A DNA stretch of 64,000 nucleotides from the IMG/VR virus record IMGVR_UViG_3300045988_181536, positions 32,001 through 96,000 of that record; one strand, 5' to 3'. How positions within the stretch are numbered: position 1 is the stretch's first letter; each line of letters opens with the position of its first letter. Position numbers and translations under genes: made by a program. The stretch is from a virus. A model generated the notes under the pieces. It saw only the letters and a program-made list of their open reading frames with translations, made no database searches and was not told the DNA's origin. Positions 37,273-45,043 of this stretch are shown piece by piece.

Positions 37273-37962
37273 ATGCAGACTAAAAAACTTATTGTTGTTG
37301 AAGCTTGCGACGGGTGTGGAAAAACCACACTCGTTAATAATTTATGCAAACTGTTTGAAAAACGAGACGGCTTTAAACCCGTTTGTGTAAAAGAGCCTTG
37401 GGAAGGTTCGGAAATAGGCACGTTTATTCGTTCTTGGATTAAGCATGTAGATTTTTCAACCAGTGAACTAAAAAAGGAACAAGCATTATTGCTGTTCTCT
37501 GCAGCCCGACTGGAAATGTTGGAGCAATTTTTATTAAAAGAATTAGTTCGTAAAGACGATAACGATTCGCCAATCATCCTTTGCGACAGATTTGTTTTGT
37601 CTACTTGCGTTTATCAAAATCTTAAGTCAGAAGCTCCTTTGTGCTTGCCAAGGTTAACGCAAGCGATTTTAAGCACGATAGCAGATTTGCTTAAAGTTGA
37701 TTGTACGTTGTATTTGGATTTAGACGCCGAAGTCATTGTTGACAGGCTAAATAAACGCAAAGAAAAGTCCGATGTAATGGATCAAAAGGACGTAACATGG
37801 TTTAATCAATTAAGCGGAACTTACAGTCATCAAATACAAATACTTCAGCATGATTATCCCACGCTGCTTGGCATGCTGCATTATCTTGATGCAAGCAAAT
37901 ATGCCGAAGTTGTTGCGGAGGATGCTTATGCATTTTTGAAAAGACATATCCTTAAAAACTAA
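37273..37962 (+). CDS. tmk: thymidylate (dTMP) kinase
   Basis: P-loop VVEACDGCGKTT matches the TMK ExxDGxGKTT signature. LCDRFVLSTCVYQ matches the TMK DRY/xSxxAYQ motif. Start overlaps the upstream stop. Confidence 0.7.
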   Translation: MQTKKLIVVEACDGCGKTTLVNNLCKLFEKRDGFKPVCVKEPWEGSEIGTFIRSWIKHVDFSTSELKKEQALLLFSAARLEMLEQFLLKELVRKDDNDSPIILCDRFVLSTCVYQNLKSEAPLCLPRLTQAILSTIADLLKVDCTLYLDLDAEVIVDRLNKRKEKSDVMDQKDVTWFNQLSGTYSHQIQILQHDYPTLLGMLHYLDASKYAEVVAEDAYAFLKRHILKN

Positions 37963-37963
37963 T

Positions 37964-38659
37964 ATGCAATTTTCGCCTAAATTTTACACGAACATATTTC
38001 AACATACAATTACCATTCCAATTCCTCCGGTGCATAACAGCACGGAGAAATTTTTTATCGATTTAACTTTTACCGAATGGCAGCTTAGCGAATGGTTTAA
38101 AAATAGCTGGCATGCGACTTGGGAAAACTTAAAATCAATGTTTATTCCCGGATATAAGTTTTGCATGAATTATATCGGTATTAAGTTTACCGTTTATGAA
38201 GAAGTCTTAGACGAGCATGGGTTTCGGCAAAACAAGTTAAAATTTGAAACCAATAAAGTATTTGAAAAAGATAACCCCGAAGCGGTGTTAAACGCCATGA
38301 CAACCCTATTCGGGCCCTTGTTTTATTGCGTAAATGCTGCATCTGACCAGTGTCAAACAATATCAAAATGGGGCATATCCTTTGCAAATCAGAAAACCGA
38401 TCAACAAAATTCGGAAGAACACGTAGCTAAAAAGTCTGATTTTAGTTATGTTATGGCAATCTATACGGATCCTGAGCATCATGAAATCAGTTGGGTAATC
38501 AGCCGCACGCATAAAAATATTTATTTTGCGTTTAGATTTAGTTCAGTAGCAGATTTAAAGTCTGTTTGCAGGGAAATCGAAAACGCTTTTGCGGATTTTT
38601 TCAACAATTATTATCCGAGTTTGCGTGTGTATAAGCCGATAATTGCGCCAATTGCATGA
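37964..38659 (+). CDS. hypothetical protein
   Basis: 231-aa ORF. Confidence 0.4.
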   Translation: MQFSPKFYTNIFQHTITIPIPPVHNSTEKFFIDLTFTEWQLSEWFKNSWHATWENLKSMFIPGYKFCMNYIGIKFTVYEEVLDEHGFRQNKLKFETNKVFEKDNPEAVLNAMTTLFGPLFYCVNAASDQCQTISKWGISFANQKTDQQNSEEHVAKKSDFSYVMAIYTDPEHHEISWVISRTHKNIYFAFRFSSVADLKSVCREIENAFADFFNNYYPSLRVYKPIIAPIA

Positions 38660-38796
38660 AACCGATATTAAGATCGCTGATTAACCAAGCCATCCGTGCA
38701 AAATCTATTTTACAGACGGGTCGAGCATTTCATGCCACCATCGCTTTAAAAGGAAGCAAAGTAATAGCTATCGGATGTCAACTACTCACCAGATGA
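38656..38796 (+). pseudogene. N-terminal fragment of a CDA-fold (dCMP/TadA-like) deaminase truncated by IS insertion
   Basis: MKPILRSLINQAIRAKSILQTGRAFHATIALKGSKVIAIGC resembles the deaminase N-terminal strand/helix. Reading frame runs into the IS end at about 38776 and terminates. Confidence 0.35.
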
Positions 38797-40136
38797 ACTA
38801 GTGAGCTTGATTTATATGTTTAAATCAATTTTAGACACTTCATTGCTTATGCTTGTTAAATCCTTAGTAGGCTTATCAAGTCTTATTTCAGCTCCATGTC
38901 TGTAATCATCCGTTGCAGATGATAGGATTGTTAATCCTCTTGTTAAAATATTTTTAGCAGCATTAACATCTCTGTCTAAAACTGTTCCGCATTGGGGACA
39001 TACCCAAAATCTATCTTTTAAAGTTAGGCTTTGATTAATATATCCGCAATTATGACAAGTTTTTGACGAAGGGTAAAAATGGTCTATTTTAATTATCTTC
39101 TTACCTTTCCATGCTGCTTTATATTCTAATTTTTGTATCATGCTATTCCAAGAGACATCTGCAATAGCATAAGCCAATTTATGATTTTGCATCATATTTT
39201 TAACAGCTAATGTCTCTAAACAAATTACATCATATTTGTTTAACAACAAGGTACTTAGTTTATGTTGCATATCTTCACGAGAATTGGTTATCTTTTCATG
39301 AAGTTTTGCTATTTTAATTCTAAGTTTTTCTTTTCTATTAGAACCTTTTTGTTTTTTGGAAAAGTGTTTTTGAAGCTTGGATAGTTTTGATTGATATTTC
39401 TTTTGAAATTTTAAGTTGGGATATCGTTTACCATCAGATGTTATAGCAAAATCTTTAATTCCCAAATCTATGCCCACTGCTTTTGTTAAATCTGCAGCAT
39501 CAGGAATACATACGTTTTGTTCTGTTAAAATAGAAACATAATATTTGCCTGACGGTTTTTTAGAAATTGTCGCACTACAAATTTTACCTTTTAAAGGTCT
39601 ATGATTAACAAACTTTATACCGTTCTTAAATTTGGGAATATATATTTTATCATTTTTAATAGCTACATTCTGTGGAACATTAAAAGAATTGTTTCCGTCT
39701 TTACGTTTAAACTTGGGAAATTTAGACTTTTTACTAAAGAATTTTCCAAAAGCCGTTTCTAAATTTTTTAATGATTGTTGAAGGCTTTGGGAATTAACAT
39801 CTTTTAACCACACATATTCCTTTTGCTTTTTAAGTGTAGTTAGAGCTTGTGAGCAATTATTGTAATTTAAAGTCTTTTTATTTTTAAGGTAAAATTCCTG
39901 TTTCTCTTTAAGAAAGTAATTATATACAAATCGGCAATGCCCAAAATGCAATGATAATAGTTCTTTGTCTTCAGGTGAGGGGTAAAGCCTATATTTATAG
40001 GATTTGTATATTGTTTTATTCATTATTTAAGTTAAACTAAAAACTACTTAGAATCAAATAGCAACAAAAAAAAATAAGAATCTATAATAACTTAAACAAA
40101 ACCCCACCATTCATCTTACCAGACAAGCTGGTAAGT
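38776..40136 (-). mobile_element. IS200/IS605-family insertion element carrying tnpB only (IS1341-like)
   Basis: TnpB ORF flanked by subterminal hairpins: ctcaccagatgaactagtgag (38783-38803) at the 3' end and cttaccagacaagctggtaag (40115-40135) at the 5' end. No tnpA. Flanking sequence on both sides encodes pieces of one deaminase-like gene. Confidence 0.6.
38812..40023 (-). CDS. tnpB: TnpB (OrfB) RNA-guided endonuclease / IS605-family transposase accessory protein
   Basis: N-terminal OrfB_IS605 HTH (YKYRLYPSPEDKELLSLHFGHCRFVYNY), RuvC-like core, C-terminal zinc ribbon CHNCGYINQSLTLKDRFWVCPQCGTVLDRDVNAAKNI. Confidence 0.8.
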   Translation of the reverse strand: MNKTIYKSYKYRLYPSPEDKELLSLHFGHCRFVYNYFLKEKQEFYLKNKKTLNYNNCSQALTTLKKQKEYVWLKDVNSQSLQQSLKNLETAFGKFFSKKSKFPKFKRKDGNNSFNVPQNVAIKNDKIYIPKFKNGIKFVNHRPLKGKICSATISKKPSGKYYVSILTEQNVCIPDAADLTKAVGIDLGIKDFAITSDGKRYPNLKFQKKYQSKLSKLQKHFSKKQKGSNRKEKLRIKIAKLHEKITNSREDMQHKLSTLLLNKYDVICLETLAVKNMMQNHKLAYAIADVSWNSMIQKLEYKAAWKGKKIIKIDHFYPSSKTCHNCGYINQSLTLKDRFWVCPQCGTVLDRDVNAAKNILTRGLTILSSATDDYRHGAEIRLDKPTKDLTSISNEVSKIDLNI

Positions 40137-40139
40137 TTT

Positions 40140-40319
40140 CTGGTGGAAATTAATAAAATTACGATTGTTAACCTAAGAATTGATAACAATAACCAAGTAG
40201 CAAACGCAAAACCTTGTGTAAACTGTCAACGAGTTTTAAAACAATTTAATTTTAAACATATTTTTTATACCAATGAGCAAGGGCAATTTGAAGAGTTTAA
40301 GATTGCGGTCGAAGATTAA
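40140..40319 (+). pseudogene. C-terminal fragment of the CDA-fold deaminase
   Basis: ...ANAKPCVNCQRVLKQFNFKHIFYTNEQG... contains the PCxxC zinc-binding motif of cytidine/dCMP/tRNA-adenosine deaminases. In frame from the IS boundary to a stop at 40319. Confidence 0.4.
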
Positions 40320-40411
40320 AGCGCCGCCGACTAAAGTACACAAAGACAAAAAGAAAGTGCAGCAATTAAGTCGCAAGAATTGGAAAAATATAATTTCAAA
40401 CGGATAATGAT

Positions 40412-40714
40412 ATGATTCAAGAAATTAAACAATTTTTCTCTACCAGAAAATTAAAGAAAGAAGCCAAGGATATTGGCATGTCTTTATCGTTTAAGCCAAG
40501 CGAATGCGGATATTATACGAATAAAGTGAGAAATCACTATTCCAACACGGGCAATGTTAATGATCCAAAAGTTACCATGCTCAGGGAAAAGCTTAGAACC
40601 GTAGTGAAAAAACAATTTGATCCTGATATGCAAGGAGATTGGGATGTTTTGGTATACCCAAAATTTAGTTTAGATAAGAAATATATAGGCTTTGAAATTC
40701 GACTAAAATTTTAA
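40412..40714 (+). CDS. hypothetical protein
   Basis: 100-aa ORF. Confidence 0.4.
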   Translation: MIQEIKQFFSTRKLKKEAKDIGMSLSFKPSECGYYTNKVRNHYSNTGNVNDPKVTMLREKLRTVVKKQFDPDMQGDWDVLVYPKFSLDKKYIGFEIRLKF

Positions 40715-40718
40715 ATTT

Positions 40719-41015
40719 ATGCTGCTAAAACTCAGGTCTAAAAACAGGAAATCACGTATAGTTTCTAAGCAAAAGCAAAAAGCAGCCAATATTAGAGAAG
40801 ATTGGCTTTGTGGATTGGAACCTCTGGAAGTTGGAAAAATCAGCAACCATAAGCTGATAACGTTAGAATTTATGGCCCGAAAAGTGTCAGGTATAGGAAA
40901 CAACAGTAAATATTGGCGCCTTTATTCAGAAGGTGATTATGAAGCAGAAATTAGAGTAGCTGCATATTTTGCAGCAATGGAAAAATCTATTCTTAAACAA
41001 TTAAACCTAATTTAA
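40719..41015 (+). CDS. hypothetical basic protein
   Basis: 98 aa with a Lys/Arg-rich N-terminus. Confidence 0.4.
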   Translation: MLLKLRSKNRKSRIVSKQKQKAANIREDWLCGLEPLEVGKISNHKLITLEFMARKVSGIGNNSKYWRLYSEGDYEAEIRVAAYFAAMEKSILKQLNLI

Positions 41016-41018
41016 AAC

Positions 41019-41267
41019 ATGGAAACCAACAAAAAACTATTTGAAAATATAAAATATGCCGCGCAGCTTTTGGCATTTTGCTGCGTGTTGTTACTGTTGC
41101 TGTTAGTTATGACGCCTTTAATAGGTCTGATAGGCGTTATGATTCTGGCATATGCGGTTTATCAGCGGGGTGTAAAGCAAACTGTTAAAGACTTAAAGAA
41201 AGGTTTTTCGCGGACCTTTAACCGCGATGAATCTGAAAAAGCAAACTCTGACACTATAGACGTTTGA
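41019..41267 (+). CDS. small membrane protein
   Basis: Two TM helices (LAFCCVLLLLLLVMTPLIGLIGVMILAYAV). Confidence 0.4.
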   Translation: METNKKLFENIKYAAQLLAFCCVLLLLLLVMTPLIGLIGVMILAYAVYQRGVKQTVKDLKKGFSRTFNRDESEKANSDTIDV

Positions 41268-41513
41268 CCTTCGTTGCTATATTGTTGATATGTTTTATAC
41301 TCTTTGCTGCCATATACTTCTATAAGATGCACACTATAAATATTAACGCGCATAATTTTCTGCAGCAAAAAAGAAATTATTTCTTTTATAGGTATATTAC
41401 ATCCGGCAATAAAAACGAAAAGCAAAATACTGATTTTTAAGGAAACAATTAACAAGGAAGCTCCGCAATTCCTCCGGATAAATAAACTATCCGGTATCTT
41501 TGCGGAAATATTT

Positions 41514-42449
41514 ATGGATTTTGAATATTTTAAAGAATCGAAAAACGGCGTTACTGTTACGGTCACCGATGATCCGTGCCCAGTGGATCCCCGTGAGGTA
41601 TGGGCATACGATTTTTATGCCGATTTAGTAGACGCGAAGACTCAGTTTCCCGTGTTTTTTATAGCGGCATGGCACCGTAGGTATGAGCTTAGTTATCGCT
41701 TACCATTTCAATTGAAAAACATGGATGATTTCAATGAGTTCATGCATACCGAGTTGAATAATCCAAAAAGTCATTGGAAATTTTTACCTCTGTATATGTA
41801 TGAACATGGAGGCATTGCTCTTTCATTAAATTCTTTTAATGACACTTTCGATAGTGGTCAGCTTGGTTTTATTGTTTATAATGATGATCCTGACAATTAT
41901 GAAAAAGGCGGGCCTATTTTAAATGAAAATGAGGTAAAAATAATTGTAGATGAATGGTTTAAGTATGAACAAAACGGTGCGTATTGGTATACTATTACAG
42001 ACGATGTAGACGGTGAAATACTTAGTCAAAATGCAGGTTATTATGATTTGAAGCAATGTAAAGAGGACGCTATTGAGGATTGGAATAATGTCGTAGATTC
42101 AATGCCCTCCGTGGCGGATCGAATCCCATATACATTTATTACGCAATTTGTTGATATTACGGACCCATGTACCACTATTTTAGGTAAAATGCGACGTGTT
42201 ACATCGACAATACCGGAATTTGCACAAGTTATTTATAAGGAATTAATAAGTGATGCTCATTTTGCAGCTGCGCATCATATAAAGCCGGAAGAATATCCTC
42301 AGGCTCGCATAACCGAAGCTCTGCGCAAGCTGATACAGGAGAAAAGTGAAAGCGGGTCGATAAAGATCACGGATATGCACTCGGATAATGTGAGTATTGT
42401 CCTAAATCTGTTTATTGTAGGAGAATCCGTAGCTAAAAAAATAGATTGA
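41514..42449 (+). CDS. hypothetical protein
   Basis: 311-aa ORF. Confidence 0.45.
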   Translation: MDFEYFKESKNGVTVTVTDDPCPVDPREVWAYDFYADLVDAKTQFPVFFIAAWHRRYELSYRLPFQLKNMDDFNEFMHTELNNPKSHWKFLPLYMYEHGGIALSLNSFNDTFDSGQLGFIVYNDDPDNYEKGGPILNENEVKIIVDEWFKYEQNGAYWYTITDDVDGEILSQNAGYYDLKQCKEDAIEDWNNVVDSMPSVADRIPYTFITQFVDITDPCTTILGKMRRVTSTIPEFAQVIYKELISDAHFAAAHHIKPEEYPQARITEALRKLIQEKSESGSIKITDMHSDNVSIVLNLFIVGESVAKKID

Positions 42450-42504
42450 CGCGGACAATACAAAATGGTCTGATATTTAGTAGATAATTTAACATTACGC
42501 ACTT

Positions 42505-43608
42505 ATGGATCAAAATTCAGATAGTAACTTTGCCGCTTTAGAAGTTTTAAAGAAATCTAATGCTTTGCCCGAATATTTAAAGGAATATGCTCCTGAACAA
42601 GAAGCATTTACCAAAATGGCTTCGACCTTATATGCAGACAGAGAGTTTAGAGAATATCCGATTGATAATAAAGAAAATACTTTTTTATCGTCTTTACACT
42701 TCTTTACTAAAGGCGATCGTCAAAATAAAGCGCTCGAATCTACACTTAAACAAGCCTCTGAGTTTCATGGGATTGCGGACGATGTAAAACAAGCGTTAAA
42801 AGTTTTGATCAATTATACTGAAGGAGGCGTTCGTAAGTATGCAAGCGAATCCTTGGAAGAACCGGCTACGGCATTTGCGTATATGACCAAATGCGCCGGA
42901 TTCTTTCCAATAGACACACCCGCAAACATAGAAAGTTCCAGTAACGCATTGGCTGAAGCAAAATGGAAACTGCCTGCGAATATCTATGTACATGCAGCAC
43001 GAAATATCGTTTCAGCGTATGACAAGTTAAACGTCGAAGAAAAGAAATATGCGCATGTAAATGACACAGTAGCTAAAGACGGCAAGCTTTGGGTCATTGA
43101 TGGAGAAAAAATGGTTGAGCTACTGTCTAATAGGCTTGAAAAAACAGCTAATCAAAAATATCAACTTATTAAAGATTATATTCAGGCGGATGCTTTAAAT
43201 GAGCAAGATTGCTTAATGGAATGTCAGGATTTAATTTATAATGTTGATAGAGAAACAGACAGATTAGATAAACAGTATTATAAGGAAGCGGCATTAAAAT
43301 CCATTGGAGAAGAATGGGTTGCCAATCCATATACAGATGTAAATTCGGAATTAAGTATGGATGAAGCCGTAGATTTTTGTAAGCATAATGTAAAGATTGC
43401 GCATGCTTTTGTTCCTGTAGATGAAGTTAAAAGGCTAAAGGAGCGCATTATAGCTTATACGAACAATAAAACCGCTTCGCAGAATTTCTTTGACATTATA
43501 GAATCGGATGAAAAAGATGCTATCAAACTTTCGGAACAAATTGCCAATAATGAGAGTATCACTGAAGATTACCTAAATAATGTCTTACATGTGATTTCTA
43601 AATCTTAA
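42505..43608 (+). CDS. hypothetical protein
   Basis: 367-aa ORF. Confidence 0.45.
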   Translation: MDQNSDSNFAALEVLKKSNALPEYLKEYAPEQEAFTKMASTLYADREFREYPIDNKENTFLSSLHFFTKGDRQNKALESTLKQASEFHGIADDVKQALKVLINYTEGGVRKYASESLEEPATAFAYMTKCAGFFPIDTPANIESSSNALAEAKWKLPANIYVHAARNIVSAYDKLNVEEKKYAHVNDTVAKDGKLWVIDGEKMVELLSNRLEKTANQKYQLIKDYIQADALNEQDCLMECQDLIYNVDRETDRLDKQYYKEAALKSIGEEWVANPYTDVNSELSMDEAVDFCKHNVKIAHAFVPVDEVKRLKERIIAYTNNKTASQNFFDIIESDEKDAIKLSEQIANNESITEDYLNNVLHVISKS

Positions 43609-43610
43609 AC

Positions 43611-44228
43611 ATGTCCAATTCCAACGAAACAAACAACAAAAAACCAAAGCTTCAATTAGAAGCGGTATATAAAGCGTTAGAGGATCCTAATACTTTTGCT
43701 ACGGTATTATTGACCATATGTCTAATTCAATACGGCGAAGAAACATTTAAGGTGGATCCTTTAGTATTATTTGCATGGTTGGAGGAAGATTTTGGCCTGG
43801 AATTAAATGAAGATAACCAAAATAAGTTAAATGCCATAATAACAGCATTAACTACGGATTATTTTTATAATGATTTGCAGACTTTTAAAGCCATCTGTAA
43901 AACGCTTACAAGTGGAGATCCTGGAATTGTAGAAACTGATTTGGATGCTGATGAAGTAACGGTGCCGGAAATTCTTTGGGGTATTTATGAAGTAAGTTTG
44001 TGTAATGACGACGAAGTAGTAAATACGTATAAATTTAATAGCGTAATTAAAAGTTTTATTAACGTCGTTTTAAAAAATGAACCCATGGATCAAACTTTAG
44101 AGTTGAATCCTGAAGAATTAAATATCATAAAACATAATTGTAACGAAATAAAACTGCAATTAATGAATTTGGGAATTAAAAATCTTCCTAAATTTCCAGA
44201 AATTGAAGTTAACACCGATAACGAGTAG
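43611..44228 (+). CDS. acidic hypothetical protein
   Basis: 205 aa, Asp/Glu-rich. Confidence 0.4.
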   Translation: MSNSNETNNKKPKLQLEAVYKALEDPNTFATVLLTICLIQYGEETFKVDPLVLFAWLEEDFGLELNEDNQNKLNAIITALTTDYFYNDLQTFKAICKTLTSGDPGIVETDLDADEVTVPEILWGIYEVSLCNDDEVVNTYKFNSVIKSFINVVLKNEPMDQTLELNPEELNIIKHNCNEIKLQLMNLGIKNLPKFPEIEVNTDNE

Positions 44229-44296
44229 TAGCGCAATCTGGTTAGTGCACCTGCTTTGGGAGCAGGGGGTTGGGGGTTCAAATCCCTCCTACTCGA
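44222..44296 (+). tRNA. tRNA-Pro (anticodon TGG)
   Basis: Acceptor CGAGTAG/CTACTCG. D-arm GCGC-AATCTGGTTA-GTGC. Anticodon stem CCTGC/GCAGG with loop TTTGGGA. T-arm GGGGG-TTCAAAT-CCCTC. Discriminator A. 75 nt. Confidence 0.75.
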
Positions 44297-44397
44297 TTAT
44301 TTTAAACCAGCTATTTTGAATTTTTCATGACTGCGGCAGCCAGTCCCTTAAGCTGCTCCCGCAGTTTTCGGTTTTCTCTGCGGGTTAACCCTTTAAC

Positions 44398-44470
44398 GCC
44401 AGCTTAGCTCAATTGGTAGAGCAATGGCTCCATAAACCATAGGTTGTCGGTTCAAGTCCGGCAGCTGGCA
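44398..44470 (+). tRNA. tRNA-Met or tRNA-Ile2 (anticodon CAT), elongator type
   Basis: Acceptor GCCAGCT/AGCTGGC (G1:C72). D-arm GCTC-AATTGGTA-GAGC. Anticodon stem ATGGC/ACCAT with a 31:39 C-A mismatch, loop TCCATAA. Position 33 is C rather than U, which is unusual. T-arm GTCGG-TTCAAGT-CCGGC. Confidence 0.6.
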
Positions 44471-44506
44471 CCGTTTTCTGTATTATAAACTAGCAAATAT
44501 CTATCT

Positions 44507-44722
44507 ATGAAAAAGGAAGACAAAGAAACAACATTTGTTGTAAGATTCTCACTCGAGCAATCAATTATACAATATGGTCAAATAGAGATTCAAGCTTCCA
44601 CAGCTCAGGAGGCTATTGATAAGGTTAATAAAATGGAAGAAGATGGAGAGTTGGATGACTTTTATGGCAGTCCTGATTACCTCACGGGAGATTTTTCTAT
44701 AGACAACGTAGAAAAACTTTAA
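44507..44722 (+). CDS. small acidic protein
   Basis: 71 aa. Confidence 0.35.
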   Translation: MKKEDKETTFVVRFSLEQSIIQYGQIEIQASTAQEAIDKVNKMEEDGELDDFYGSPDYLTGDFSIDNVEKL

Positions 44723-44731
44723 GCGATAAAA

Positions 44732-45043
44732 ATGAATAAACTACCAGCAGAAGACATAACCTATTTGGCGTGCATCTGGGAAAAACTACACGCCGACAGG
44801 GATATAGTCTTATCTCAAAGATACGTGGAAATAACGGTATTGCGAGTATTTAAAGCAAGCAACGGGCAGTGCTATTACAAAATCGAAATTAGGAATCCCA
44901 AAGGTTTCACGGAACATTGGGTGCCTGAAGAAATTTTTTCTAAATACACGCTGACCAATGAAAACCAATTTAAGAAAATTGAAATCATTGATGAGCTGCC
45001 CTCGCCTAAACCGAAGCAACGGTTGTATTTCGATTCCGAATAA
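44732..45043 (+). CDS. hypothetical protein
   Basis: 103 aa. Converges on the terminase gene. Confidence 0.4.
   Translation: MNKLPAEDITYLACIWEKLHADRDIVLSQRYVEITVLRVFKASNGQCYYKIEIRNPKGFTEHWVPEEIFSKYTLTNENQFKKIEIIDELPSPKPKQRLYFDSE

Noticed and set aside
44297-44397. Possible fifth, degenerate tRNA between tRNA-Pro and tRNA-Met
   Set aside because: Only two simple hairpins are present (actgcggcagc...gctgctcccgcagt and cccgcag...ctgcggg). No cloverleaf with a T-loop consensus can be drawn. More likely a processing or terminator structure.
44732-45043. GQ|CYYKIEIRNPKGFTEHW in the ORF converging on terL considered as the missing IntN/N-extein
   Set aside because: The preceding 45 aa have no Walker A or TerL N-terminal features. 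Orientation and size do not fit an N-extein of about 160 aa.
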